A stretch of 64,000 nt of DNA, taken from positions 3,596,001 to 3,660,000 of the forward strand of contig CM030333.1 in NCBI GenBank assembly GCA_017654855.1, in the 5' to 3' direction. The notes beneath the pieces were generated by a model. That model had not been told where the DNA came from. It searched no databases and saw nothing but the letters and a program-made list of their open reading frames with translations. The translations under genes and the position numbers were made by a program. Numbering within the stretch: the first letter of the stretch is position 1; each line of letters opens with the position of its first letter. Positions 13,024 to 26,700 of this stretch are shown one piece after another. Origin of the DNA: Podospora anserina. Lineage: Eukaryota.

Positions 13024-13873
13024 GATATCGTTTCGTCTGGAAGCTCCCCACAGAAGCTATGAATGGTTCGGCGGTCAAGAAGTTGCGAGGGGTACTGTCA
13101 TTTTTCGTGGGGGATTAATTGAATAATAGCGAGTGTTTTGAAATGGCTGCGTAATCTAGTTTCGTCGGAGGTGTTGAAAGTACAAATAATCTTTTTGATT
13201 TCGTGTCACGTAACGTTGACGTCGGACGAGGAGGGAAGCTCTTCGTGTTCAGCCTTGGGCGGCAGGACCCAGAGTGTTGGTGTACTAATGGCGGGAAGTG
13301 GGTCATTTACAATCTAATCAAAAGTGGGACACTGCATGATCCCTTGTTCACATCAACTTCATTGATATTCATCAGCAGAAAAGGATGCAATTTTTTATTA
13401 TAGAGCATCTTTCAAACAATCCTCAACTCCGAAACGTGGTATACCCTTTTCTTTTTCCCGTGACGCCAGCACAATCATATAAGACAAAAAATCAAAAAGA
13501 ACAGTAGTGCCAAAGAGAACAAAAACCCGAACGCTTCCTTATTCCGCTATGCATGCCCCTTTCAATGATCCCAATCTTTCCTTCTCACGTAAAATCTCCC
13601 TTCCCAAGTATCCCTAGAAGCCGATTATCTCCCTTCTACCGTTCCATCCATGTTTGATCCTCCACGCTTTACTTCCTCCGCTCTCGCTTCCCAGACCCCC
13701 CACTTACAGCTCTTTATTGTCTGTATCCTTCATCATCAGCTGTTCATGCCTTTGCCAAAAGCACTCCCAACCCCCAATCCTGAAACGGAAATCTTGCCCT
13801 TGCTCCACCAGTCTCTGATCGCCCTTTAGCCACCACCCTCGAAAGCCCTCAACCTCGCGCCCAGAACTCAATT

Positions 13874-14489
13874 CTAGTAAGCCCTGTACGTCTGGCTAGC
13901 AATCAGAAACCTCTTCCCATACTTCGACTGCTTGGCCAGCGAATCCCAGTTCGGCACCAGAATAAACACATCGTTGAAATGCTGCTTGACCGAGTACTCC
14001 TCGTTGCTCCTCTTGCTGACTCCGAAGTAGACCGTACCAGAGACATTGACCATGATCATCATCCTCACGCCGTCGTTAGGCCCGTGAATATCGATCAGGT
14101 TCTGAGTGGCGCCAAAGCGGTAATCGGCGTTGATGACGTGCGCATCAAAAGTGTCGACGACGTAGCTGACGTGTTTCTTGTCGTTGGTGGCTTTGGGGGC
14201 TTCGCGCTGCTGGGCAAGAATCTTCTCCCAGTCTTCTGGGGTGGGGCAGACTAGGCCGTTGACGCAGATGTCGGCAGGGGGGTGGCCGGCGTTCTTGTAG
14301 GTGTCATTGTTGGTCACGTAGGACTGGCTGACGCCCTTTCCCTCATTGATTTGGCTGTAGTACCAGTTGACGAACTTTGAAGCAGCTGAAAAATCATGTT
14401 AGAAAGGTGGTTCGGCCCTTAGGTTTGACGGGGATTAGTCACGGACCATCAGCGGCTTGCCGAGTGTTGGTATCGTCGACGTTAGTCAT
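13874..14489 (-). CDS. NXT1: NTF2-related nuclear export factor (Nxt1/p15-like)
   Basis: Exons 14489-14447 and 14385-13874 (555 nt); intron GTCCGT..CTAAC..CAG. NTF2-fold features AASKFVNWYY, DTFDAHVIN, VNVSGTVYFG, FNDVFILVPN, FLIASQTYR. Confidence 0.8.
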
Positions 14490-15330
14490 TGTGCGTGCTT
14501 GATTGATGGGGGAGGTAATTTGAGCGATGCTTGAATGATCCTTGAGGGGTGAACCGCAGATGCGTGCTTGACCGTTGCGAGTTGCGAGTTGCGACTTGTG
14601 CTGGCGAGGTTCTCGATGAGGTTTGCGCGCGAGATAAGATGGTTCAAGTTGCTTGAGACGGATTGTCGCGCGAAGAGGCTGCAAGACAGAGACAAGAAGT
14701 ATTGGACTGTCGTGATGCGCTGTTCAGAAATATCTTTGCGAACGAGGAGGTTGCGAAAAGTGGTCGCTTTGGTCGCCAAGCGAACGGTTGATGTTGGGGA
14801 TGAAGGTCGCGAAAGTGAGCAGACAGTTGATGGAGAAGTGATGGAGGGGGTCAAAAGGGCAAGCGAGTGAAACTGGCAGAGTTGCGCCTCAAAAAGTAGG
14901 TTCCAATCAAGCCGTACTTGACCTTGTGACTTCGTGAATCAGGTGAAGGTTGAAGTTTTCTGCCTGGTTTTGCTCCGGTGGAAGAATATCAAGGTTGAGC
15001 AGAACAATTGTGAGCGAGGCTGTGGTGCTCCAGGGGAAAAGTGTACATATTCTTGGCGACGGCAGCCTTGTTCCAACGTCAGCTGTCCCACAGCCCCACT
15101 CCAGCTTCTGAGCCGCAAAGCTTTACGCACCAGCTGCCACAGCCGTTTACCATCTGCCAGGCGGTCCGAAGCCAAGCTTGCTTGCCGAACCTCCCAAAAC
15201 TTTCGGCCGGACATATCCCGGCAGGTCATCACCACGCGCGACACCCCGACGACGGCGGCACGATTGAGTTCGGTCAATTCGGCTGCCCCAGCCTCCAACC
15301 CCATTTCTCAGCCCCTCTGTAACCGTCAAA

Positions 15331-15804
15331 ATGGTCAGAATAACCGTATCATCCCTCCTCAGGACGGCGCTCCGGCCAACCGCCTCTGTTCCTAGGTGCA
15401 CCGCCAGGTATATCCTCCCCCCCCTCTATAACTCCCCCACCAAATACTAACCCTCTCTTAGATCCTTCTCCTCCCTCCCAACCCTCCGCCCAACCCTTGC
15501 ACCCACCCCCTCCGCTTTTCGCGCCCCATCTCAGACCCTTCTGTCCCGGGGACCTATCCTCCAGCAACAATCACCTAGCAGTGGGGCCGAAGGAGTCCTC
15601 GATTTGATCTCTTCCACCTCCATCTCCTCCAACCCGGCGATGCAGTCGATGCAAGTCCGTTGCGGACCCCGCCCAACAATGGCCAACGCCAGTCGCCTGA
15701 TCCAGAAAAGGAGACACGGGTTCTTGAGCAGGATCAAGACCAAGAACGGGAGGAAGACAATTGCGAGGAGAAGGGCAGCAGGCAGAAGGAGGTTGAGTGC
15801 TTAA
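15331..15804 (+). CDS. MRPL34: Mitochondrial ribosomal protein bL34m
   Basis: Exons 15331-15407 and 15462-15804 (420 nt). Arg/Ser-rich presequence; C-terminal [36 protein letters not shown] is the L34 signature. Confidence 0.9.
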
Positions 15805-18560
15805 GCTGGGGTGTCGGCAGAATGGGGGAGAAGGAGGCATGGCAAAAGGGGAAGATACCCACATGGAGGGTACACGAGAGATGTGTATGAGTACGGCATG
15901 GAAAGTGAAGAGCGGGGAGGATTGTATCATATGAGGCAATGGAAGAGATAAATTAAAGGAATCTCTATGAAGATGCCGCTGTGTCTGGTGTAGTGATATG
16001 CTTTCGTGGCTTGCTTATTTTGGCAGAGTCTCACGAGCAAGTCATCGAGGAAGCGGAGGAAACTGGTTCCTACCAGCGATGGAAAGTCAGGAATAAAAGC
16101 CGCCCGCCCGATTTTTGCGGAAAAGACTGTCCAGAGCCTCACAGACCACCGGCTACCCCTCGCTTCGTAACATCGACGCTTTGGCATCTCGACCATCAAA
16201 AAACTTCAAAGTCAGGCACTCTACATGGGCTCCGAGTGTGACACGTCAATAATGAAGACGCCCTGTTACGTCTAAACTTGCGTCGCCATCTAGTTTACTC
16301 AGGGCTTGATGATGAGCAAGCTTGCTCATGGAGCCAGACCCTTTCCATACTCACCCATCAGGAGGTCTAGCATATCTCAATTCAATTCGATTGCTTCGTC
16401 CAATGACCTTCAGCTGCCTTGCGATCAACCAACAGAACAGCATGTCTCACACCTGGGTTAGGGTTCCCTACCTTTCAACACCATCCATCTCCAGCAACTT
16501 CTCTTCCACACAGTCACATGCCTCATCAAACCTCCCTCATCAACCTCCCCTTCCACTATCAATCCCCACTTACCCAAACCATCACCGACAAAACCCCGTC
16601 AGGTCAGGTCAGGTCCGTCGTTAGCACCATCACGACACAACCATCCATGATATGGCCCAAGCTCCCGTTCCCTCGTACCTCTCTCCTACCCACCCCAGAT
16701 CTTAACTCCGATCCATTAAGCCCGTGCTATAACTTAACCAACCAACTTTCAACTCAACGGTTTATGTCAGCGGCCAATCCCCCACAACGTTGCATTAAAA
16801 CCGCTTTTTTCCCAGTCTCTCCATTGACAAGTTTGACTCAACTCCCCGTGAATTTGACAAGGAAACACAAAAGGAGAAGGTCTGTGTGTAAACAATGTTT
16901 CTCTTTTCCTGCAGATAGTGTACATAGGGGGCGTGTAACTAAGACGGGCGGGAGGTCAATGCCCAAGCAAGCAAGCAAGCAAAGCCGTTCTTCCGAACTT
17001 TTTTGTCTTTGTTTCTGTCTCTGCACGAATTGATCGATCTGTTTTTGAGCAGGTGATGTAAAGAAAAACAAAAAGCATAGCCCGAGATCGGACATGACTA
17101 TCGAAACATACCTACCTAACATGCCTTCCCAACCCAACCCCAAGCTGCGGCCTCTTTTTTTTTTTCCCTACCGTACCAAGTCACCCGGCCGAAAAAAACG
17201 GACCATGCTCGATGCCTGGCTGACATCCATGTTCGGAGGACCGCAGTCCGAAATCCGCACACGGGATAGGGGTATACCTTACCTGACCAACCTGGAAACA
17301 CCGTGCATTTGGGAGTCAACAAATCTCAAACGGAAAACCCATCTTCTTTCAGTCATCTCGTCCGTCACTGCCCAACTACCGTAAATCTTTTTGTTTCCTC
17401 GGAATTATGCCGTGTTGCTATTTTTTGTCTCCCCATGTTTCCCAATGTTTGGTCTTAATTGGGCAACTATGCGGCTCCAGTACGGAGTATTTCCTGTTTC
17501 AAAGTCGCTCATTCATGCAACAACATCAAGCACCTCCCCATAATAAACAAAACAATTGATCCAAAATTTTGGTAATATATTTCTCTGCGAATTCGCGCAC
17601 GCGGCGGCCGGCTTGTTGTTGTCGTCCTCGAGTAGTACATATTTTCTTCTCGGACTTGCCTGATCCATATATATATGTTTATGTACAAGTGAGTTTTGAG
17701 CAAGCCCGACAGCTTCCGAGAAAGCTGAGAGTGTCTTCCCCCCTTCCACCTCCCAACTGTCATCGCCCTTCTTTTGGGAAGCGTATAAGATAATAAACCG
17801 TGAGGAGGGCGGACAGAACAGCGGACCAGAATAACGAGATAGACATTTGTGCGTCTGATATGTAGTGGTGATTTGTCCTCGTTAGAAACATCCGCCTTCG
17901 CAACGAACGAAATAGACGGGGTTGTGTAGTAAAAGATAGATAATATAGTAAAATGATGATAGAAGTTAAAAAAAGGGGTGTGGTATCGATCCTTACATAA
18001 GAAAAACACAATGACAAAAATATATGAGAGGGTAAAATGCGGTCCAAAAAAATGATGTGTGTGCGATTGCAAACCAAGTCCAAAACAAAACAACAAGAAC
18101 AACAGAGGGGATATCCGGTCAAGAAAAGAGCAAAGCAAATCCAGAAAGAAAACAGCAAAATAAATAACAATACACCCCCCACCCACCAAAGGCCGGTGTT
18201 CTTTGTGAAATGCGAACCAAATTTTGTCAAACCAGAACCCCAAACCATTGCCAAAAATACGAAATGCTCCCCCCTTCCCCTATTTGATGAGCCGGACAGC
18301 ATTATTCGTGAATAATTGCAAAGGTATCACGATGCAGTCCGGGTGAGTTGTTGAGATCTCATTTCTCGCGGACGCTGTTGTTCCCATGTGCTCTGTCCTC
18401 CTCAATCAAGAGATTTTCCTGAAATGGTGATTGGATACGTCCTGAGTAACTCGAAGTGGGTGGTGAAAGGAGCGTATGTGTGGTGTGGCGTCTAATGTAC
18501 ATGTCTAGCGCCTCGAGCCCCGTCGATAGTTAATTATGGTTCCTTGAACCGTAGTTATCT

Positions 18561-20754
18561 TCAAGTGGCATTCCAGGCATAATGCCCAACCCCGCCGTAA
18601 ACGCCTCCGGGGGCCCCGGAGGAATGAGAGCCTGGGGGTGGAGGGGGGTGAGGGTGTTGCTGTTGCTGGTGGCCGTGCTGATGCGACTCGGGCTTCACGC
18701 TCGGAAACGCGTAGGGCCTGTCGGAACTACCATTGTTGTATGAGACGCTTGATGCTGAAGGTTCGCCCGCCGTGGTGGTCCAGCTCTGCGAAGAGGGGAA
18801 ATAGTCTCTGGGCGGCGGTGCGTTGGGAGCTGTGGCCGACGAAGGCGCTGAAGTGTTGTTCTCTTGCGATGGCGCTCCGTATTGAGAAGGTCCACCCTGA
18901 GCACTTGATGGGTGCTGTGACTGTGGGCTCATGTCGTTCGCCGCGTAGGCTGATTGAGGGGGGCCGTAACGGTACTCTCCTGGGGCTGTGTCGTTTGAAA
19001 TGGAAGAGGCTACCGACTGGTGGCTCGCATGACGCGGCGACTTTGATGGCCGGGGGTTGCTGTCGACATATCGGGGCACGTTGAGCGAGTTATCGGCGGT
19101 CGTCGACAGGGACAAGTGTGGTGGCGCGGAGGTTGCTTGCACGTAGGTAGCGAACTGAGTTCGGATCGGTGGTGGCTGTTGATCTTGCGAGACAAGGGAG
19201 AGCTGAACGGATGGCATCGATGTCTGCTGGATGGGTATCTCCTGAGGCTCAGCTGTGTAGCTAGGCGCGCCAGAAAGCGGCAGCTTCGGGTAGGGCTCGG
19301 ATGGCATTGTCGCGGTAGGGTATGTCGCTGAACCTGGGTTGTGTGGCATCGACACCTGGCTCGAAGGATTCCATGTGGTGGGATAAGAGCTAGTTTGACT
19401 TGTCAGCAAGTTTCATTTGTAAACAGATATGGAGAAGGGACCGGGACGTACTTTGACCGCATCTGCATCGGGCTCTGCGGCATTTGCTTCGGAGCAGTGA
19501 AGGTAAAGGCTCCCCTGGGGACGTGTCCGTCCAAGCTCGAGATGCGAGGTCTGGCATCGTGTGGCGGCTTGTTGAGAACAACCGCCTGGGCGACGATTCC
19601 CTGGCCAGTCTCAACAAGAGTCTGGCCCCGCGAGCCGGCACTAGATCCCAACAAAGGAATCTCCTTTCTGGCCTGGAAGTTGCGCGGACTTCTGCCTCTC
19701 ACCACAATGGGTGCCGTTGTCAGCTCCGAGAGGACGAGCTTTTGCCCGTTTGCCAAAGTTCCGTGAAGCTTGAGGTGCAACACGAAATGCTGTTGCAGCT
19801 CCTTCCGTCGGCCGTTGTTCGCCGTGGCTCTGGCAACCTGGTTAGTGACTCATTCCCATGTTTACAACAGTGTTGCTGCTCCCCAACTCACATTCTGAAC
19901 TGGAGACGGCGCCATCCGATCGGGTAGATAGCGTAGTGTTCGCCACTTGTGTCATCCTCGTCCTCCGCCCATGGAATCAAGGGAAGATTGGGCGGCTCCT
20001 GGTCTGGGGCCTGGTTTACCTCAGGCGAGTTTGGTGGCGGTGTCTTCCATGGGATCACGATCAACCGGACTGGGTGTCCATCGACAGACTCGATGGCGGA
20101 AATGCTGACTTCCATATTCTTGATCTGGCTGGTCTCGCCAGACTCCAAAAGCACCGACAATGGGACCTGTGGGAAGCAAAGGCTGCCGCTGATCTGGAAC
20201 AAGTTGCGCCGATAGCACGTCAACTCGGCGTTCAACACGTTGCCGTCACCCGCAGCCGAGGGAAACTCGGACAGGAAGAACATGCCGTGAAGCTGGGCGT
20301 CAATCTCCATTTCGTGCATCCGTCCCTTGGCGTCGACGATGGTGTGCTTGTCCCCCACTTTCTTGAACGACAAAAGTTTCTGGTCGTGGTTGGAGGGCTT
20401 GTAGTCCTCCCGCAGGTCCTGGACCATCTCGGTATAGGGCGCCTGGTCAACCTGGGAGTATGGCCTTTTGAGGCTGTTGATGCTGGGGATGTTCATCAGA
20501 GATGGGTGCGGGTACCGGTCGTATCCGTCGCCCTCTTCCTGGCCGGGCCGGGGGTGGTGATATTGCGGGTAGTCCATGGTGTGCTGGCGACTTCTAGGAC
20601 GCACGAGATGCGATGGTGCTGGTGGCGGTACGGATGGATCTTGAGGATTGAATCTGCCCGTCATCTGAACGGGATTTCCATAGTTGGACCAGAGGCTACC
20701 GTGTTGAGTCTCAGCCCTCAGCTCTGCCATCGTGTATGTCGCCGTGGCTGACAT
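18561..20754 (-). CDS. vib-1: NDT80/PhoG-family (p53-like) transcription factor VIB-1
   Basis: Exons 20754-19892, 19829-19452, 19389-18561 (2070 nt). NDT80 domain motifs LHGMFFLSE, LTCYRRNLFQ, WRRLQFRIATANNGRRKELQQHF, PIVVRGRSPRNF. The start could be the second Met (MAELRAE). Confidence 0.93.
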
Positions 20755-23700
20755 GGGAACCTGCTTGTTCCCCTAGAGCAGCCCAGAGTTCTCCGCAGCA
20801 GCTCCCACCCAGATTACCAAACAGACAAAGAGAAGAGCAACACCTGCCTCGTAGAGTCAAGTCCCGCTTCACAGGTCCTTCTTGCAATGATGCCGATGGG
20901 GATGTCGGTGGATGATCAACAACAAAGTGGTGGTAAAGGATGGGATGACAGCCCACAGCAAGGTTGCAGGGCAGCGTGTATGTATATGTATGTACGAGCC
21001 AATACGGCCAGGAGGTGGAGGGGAACCGTTTTATGAGAACAAGAGGCTTCGGCAATGCCCCGGGGGCGACAAGGGACAGAGGCGAGGCCAAGCATACCCT
21101 GGCGCCTTCAAGGATGGGATGGTAGGGAGAACTGTTTAACAACGCTTGCAGGGCCCGTCGCGCGAAAAGGTGCTCCAACCATACAAGGAAGGAGGGTGAG
21201 GAACGGGGCGATCTGGCAGGCAAGCCCGAATTCCCCTGCTAGTCGAGATGGGGCAAGATACCGTCCCAGAAGCTCAAGGACAGGCTCTGCTATTTTACCA
21301 CGCCCTCCTTGAAGCCTCTGATATGCCTTCTAGCTGCTTGAGGTGTAGCTTGCTATACATGCGATGGAATAGCAGAGAAAACAGAGCATACATCCGATTC
21401 CCTTAATCTTGCCCACCTGCCCAAACAGGGGGCCGTCAACAGGTCCGCACAAGCAACTTCACGCGGTCTTTGCTGTGTCCACCAGCGGTCCCACTTGGGT
21501 TTGAAGGAGGGGTGGAGGTACGGGGCCGGTAGGAGGAGGAGGGCAAGTGAGTGATCAGAGAGGTATGAGGACCTTGAGGTGCATCATTCTGCTTAGGTAT
21601 GCCCCCCCCCCTGTCCTGCACCACCTGTCTGCCGAGCGGGAAGAGAAATACACATATCAACAGCCCCCTACCACCCATTGACGCACAACGTTTTTCTCGG
21701 AATAACTGTGGGCTATCTCTTTCGGGGGATGACCCGCGGGCACAGAACTTGTGGGTGGGTGTTTGGACGGACGGCGCATGGGGTCTGAATGGATACACGG
21801 GGGGGCACATCTGGCCAAGCCAAACGATCAGAGGGGATGGAGGAGCGGACAAGACGGCAAGCACCCCCTCGGCCCCTCCTCCGTCCAATCCAAGGCCAGG
21901 GTAGGAGAGGGCCCCCGGTTGTCGACCTTGTCGGCCGAGCGAACAGGGGCATCTGATTAGGCCAGGAATCCTCCGAGGACTCTGGGCGAACAGCTAGCGA
22001 CCCGCAATTTTCTAGAAGACCGTTGGGTAATAAACGCGCCGGCGAAGGGCCTTTCTGCTGCTGCTTTTCCAGAAGGGAATGGTCTCTTGTCGAGGAGGGG
22101 GGTAAAAAAATCGGTTCACGAGATTGCTCTCGACCGGGGTGGAGAGGGCGAACCAGAGCGCCCCCCGGTGGACCCCAGTCAGCTCGGCTCGAGATGGAAA
22201 ACACAATTACACACCCCTGCCCTGTCCTGCCCACCCCCTCCTCCATCCCCTCCTCCCCAGTTCCCCTCCAGTGCTGGGTGTTGCTGCTGCTGCTCCTTGC
22301 TTGCATTCTCGCGCGCTGCCCGTCCGCCGAAAAGAGGGACGACAGATGCAATATCAGGCCTTTTATACCTCTTGGCCACCGTTGTGGACGCCCTTTGACA
22401 CCTCACAATTGGCAGAGGATTTTAAACGAAATCAGCAGCAACATAAAGAAACCGCCTCGGACGCTTGCTGTGGATATCGCATCGCTTTGTCATTTGATCA
22501 CGACCGCGACGGCCGCGAGGTCCTGAGCAGACGATGGGTGATGGGCAACAATGGGCAGCGGGAGAGCAAAGTGCCTGGGCCCGCAGTGGACCGAGGCACG
22601 TCGAATCTTTTGCAACCGCCTGCATTGCAGTGTCTCTGGCTGGCTGCTGCTGCTCGGGCAGGAAGGACGCACAAGAGTGATCAGCGGACGAGGCATGTAG
22701 TCGGCAAAGGACTCGACAGCAAGATGGTATATCAGAAAGGAGGTGTCACTTCGGGGACTTGTGTGTGGCGGCGAGATGCAGGTTACGGGTCTTGGGTTTC
22801 TTCTCGTCCGCCATCCGGTAGGTGGTTCGGCGACCATGATCAGTGATATAATTTCTTCGTGATGGCCTCTCTCTTCTTGTCAGGAGGTGCACTCGAGTCT
22901 AGGAGCAGACGACTGGGTAACCCCGGCCATGCCGCATGGCCCGATCTGGTTGTAGTGCAGCACAGGGACCATCCGGAAAGCCGCCATAGCAGTAGCAGCA
23001 AAATGCGGAGGTGGGAAAACGGCGCCGCTTGACGACATTCCCGAAAGGGAACTTGGTGCCTGGCGCCCGGCTTGGGCGCAAAGGCCATGGCGATAAGTTA
23101 TGGGAGAGGAGCGGTCATGCCATTTCAAATGCGAGCCGTGGCTAGAACCGCATGGCCGACAGGAGGCTGGCTGTGATTGGAGCAGGTGGGCGGGATTGGC
23201 AACAGCTCAGCAACCTCTCAGTGATGCTCAGAGGCCAGCTCCTTAGTCCTTGCTGTATCGTGCATATGTGTCGTGACAGGGAGGGCGGCAGACGAGCTCG
23301 TCCGCGCTATCTCGATCTCCGTGCGGTGGAACTCAACCACCACCTACTGCTGCAATATCCAGCCAGATGGTCGAATGGGGGAGAGTCACTGCTTCCAAGC
23401 CACCTGCTGTCCTCGAGCTGGCAGAGAGGCAGCAGCAGAATCTGATCTTGATGGAGGTCGTCGTAAGGAGGTCGTAAGCTGGTATCCCGAAGCCACATGT
23501 GCATCTCCCAGGTGTGGTATTTAATGTATTTTAAATTGCATCGCACGCAGGCTGGGGAATAGGATGTCGAAAAGTGAGTGAGAAGCCCAGTGGTGTTTCT
23601 AAAAAAGAAATAGTGGAGGGGTGACAGGTCAAAAAGGTGTGGGTGTGTGGGTGATGCCTTCCAATGGGTGAGTCGGTGGTTGAACGGGTGCGCCTTCCTC

Positions 23701-26700
23701 GCTACAATGTTGTCTCACACAGAACAATCTGTATTCAGGCAGTGTCATAATTACACCTACCTACCTTGACTACAGCTTCTCAGTTTCCTCTCCTGTCACC
23801 GGTGAGTATGTCTACTATGTAGGTATCGACGCGTAGCTGCTTCTCACTTTTTTGACATGTCACTCGCTCACAAACAACAAACAACCCCGATCCCGATCAG
23901 TCAAAAGTCTTGTCAACGGTCTTCGGTCCAACGATAGATGCAAGGTGGGGGGGTTGGAGTTGCTGTTGGACGGCGCTGGCTTGTCCATCGGGATTTTAAC
24001 TTTTTTCTCTCTTTTCTCCTCTTGGTCGAGCGGAAGCGGAAGCACCCTGAGGGGCAGAAGGGACGCCAAAAGGTCGCAGAGCGCACCGAGCGCACCCGGT
24101 CATTGCCGTGGCGGTGGCTGTCGGTTGCAACACTGTCGTCGACTCCATGCATTGGCGAACGTTACAATCACGATTGCATCGGGGTAAGCCAGGAACCAGC
24201 GGCCATTTTCTGAACACGATCTGACCTGCCGAGCTACCAAGTGCGACAGTCTTTTTCACGGTTGCGATACAGATATCTGTCAGTTGCCTTGCTTGAGCTT
24301 CAGCTTCGGCTTCGGCTTCAGCTTTCACCTCATTTGCATGGTTCATCAACAAGGGCTCTTCGCGCGTGCTGCAGGGGCAATGCCACTCTGATCACATTCT
24401 GACCGCTCCACGGGCTAAAACGGCTCGCTTGGTCTTTGTCGGCTGTCTAGCAGCTGTGCTGATGCTGAGCTAGGAACCGTTGGAAATGTCACGATTCTCG
24501 ATGACGAGGCCCCTGGTCCTTGACAACAAGCAACAGCAAAACTTGGCTTGTTTTCCTCAAAGGCTAGGCTGAGTTTGGAGTCGTGCATTTGGCGAGTGCG
24601 AGGGGCATTTTCTATTGTTTCACGCTCCAACAGCCGCTTACATGTTGACATCGGCGTACAACCAACAACAACTACGGATACAATCCCCAGAAACCACGGT
24701 AATATCCCGATCTTCAAAAGTTCTCGGCCCGCAACCACGGAAGATTCGAGGCTGCCGTCTCCAAAGTTCTTACAAGCTACCAGATAAGTCCTGTCAACCC
24801 TCGGTTGCACATGCTGCTCGGGACTTCGACGCCCCCGAAAGCTGGCTGCTCTGGTCTGGTATGCGTGTCAATAATAGCTTTCGTACTGCACACTGACCGA
24901 GATTGACCCCTACAGTCTCCATCTTACACGGTCGGTTTAAGCCTATATGTGCTGGCTAATATAGGGCTTGTCAACCACACCAAAAATCCCTGTTCAACTT
25001 GGTACGAGCCCACTGTCGCCCAGCAAGAAACACAAAAATCCAGCGCTCTTATTTCTCCGTGGACGTACATCACACAGACAATATCTATGCAAGTACGCGA
25101 GGTTGTCACGGTTGTACGCCCATTATCACCCTTGTGATGGCTGCTTTGGGGCATTTTGGCAGGACCGGTGTCTGAACACGGCGCAGCCCCAGGCGGATAT
25201 CGAGGTGGTGCAACCACGAAACCATCATGTCAATGTCCAGCACTCGGGACTTGGGCAAGCAATGACACCTGGGGTCGGCACTGCCCTGCAACCATGGCCC
25301 GATGTCATCTCTCGGCCTGCCAGTGGCAGCCACCCCGCGTGTGCACACACACACACACCACCGACCTCGAGTTGCAACAAGATCGACCAGCCCCTCAACC
25401 AATGGTGAGCATGCCGAGCGGGTTCTGGTGAACAAGCAAGATTTCAAGATATCCACGATAGGTAGGCCGTTTGTCGGGAACTTTGGTGTATGTTTTATCT
25501 ATTGTGCTTGGTCTTGCTCAGCAAATATCGGTCCCGCCATTGCCGAACCGCCCAAGTTTGGCTCTGAGTGCTGCGCATCATCCATCACCATCCCGCCAGC
25601 GGCCGGCAACGGAGATGATGACAAGCACGCCGGGAGTCGAACACTGCTTCCAGGAATGGAGACAAGCCCAGGGTGAAAAGAGGGGTGGTTTGTCATGCTC
25701 CAGGCAGGCACTGAGCAGTTGGTGCTCAGGAATCTGAGCGGCTGGCAAAGGTCCCTCGACAAGCAGCCAAAGTTCGTGGTGGAGGACCCTAGGCCGTATT
25801 CAGCAGCCCGCTCCGACCGGAAACACCTCCATTGCACGAAGATCCTGGACTCCACTTGTGTACCATTTCTCAATCGAGGAACCACTTCTGCGGCCAATTC
25901 CCGTTTCTGCGCCGCCGCGGAGGGGGAGCAACGCCTGTCTTGCGGCCTGGCCCGGTTGTCATCGCTGAATCATCCTACAGTATGATAATCACACGGCAAG
26001 GAGTTGTTCTCATCTGCCGCAGAGCTTGAAAACGCCGCAGCGGACGCTGTGTGGCCCAAAATGTTGGACTACTACGCAGTACCCGTCGTGGGGCAGCAGT
26101 AGGCAGGGCCCCGGGGCCACAGCAAGATGCACGAGCATATGCTATTACATGCCATACTACAGTACTTGCTACCTATCTCTTCAGCAGCAGATATATTCCG
26201 GCCTGATGGGCAGCACTTGGGTTCGCTGATGCTCCAGACGAGAAACGAAAAGTTCTGTCGGTCTCCCAATCAGTCCAAGGCAAACTCGCCTGGATGCATT
26301 TCAGCCAATATCCCGGCAGCTTAGAGCAGGTTATCATTGGGCGGGCAAGATAGCTGTGTGTGCCGCCCAGCCTTGTCCAACCCTGGATATCTTTTATGAT
26401 CGCGTATCGCTGAAATCTCTAGCCATTCCGCGCGAAACTGTTCGTCTGTCATCGTTCGCACCAAGTACCCGGATGTATTTCCTATTCCTTCAACGCTGCT
26501 TGCAAGCGACGCAGATGGTGCATACACGCACGAATAGTACATCCTCCAAGCTCACGGTATGGGTCTCTCTTCTGTTCGCATGTGCCGCCGGAATCAGGGC
26601 CGCTCCAAGCTTCGACCACTCTTCAACGACCAAGAAGGCAGGAGACTACAAAAAAAATAACTCGGTTCTAAAGGCGGTCGACCACATGGCGTCTACGTTC

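Noticed and set aside
16455-16465. GGGTTAGGGTT as a telomere seed or telomerase RNA template
   Set aside because: Under two repeat units; a ~2 kb telomerase RNA from here would run antisense through MRPL34, and no other telomerase RNA elements were seen.
17509-18302. Hydrophobic 244-aa and 180-aa ORFs on the minus strand
   Set aside because: The F/L/I richness results from T-rich 3'-UTR-like sequence, not a real membrane protein.
23996-24352. 118-aa ORF with an EAEAEAEAQ tract
   Set aside because: The tract derives from a short GCTTCR hexamer repeat; no domain or codon bias.
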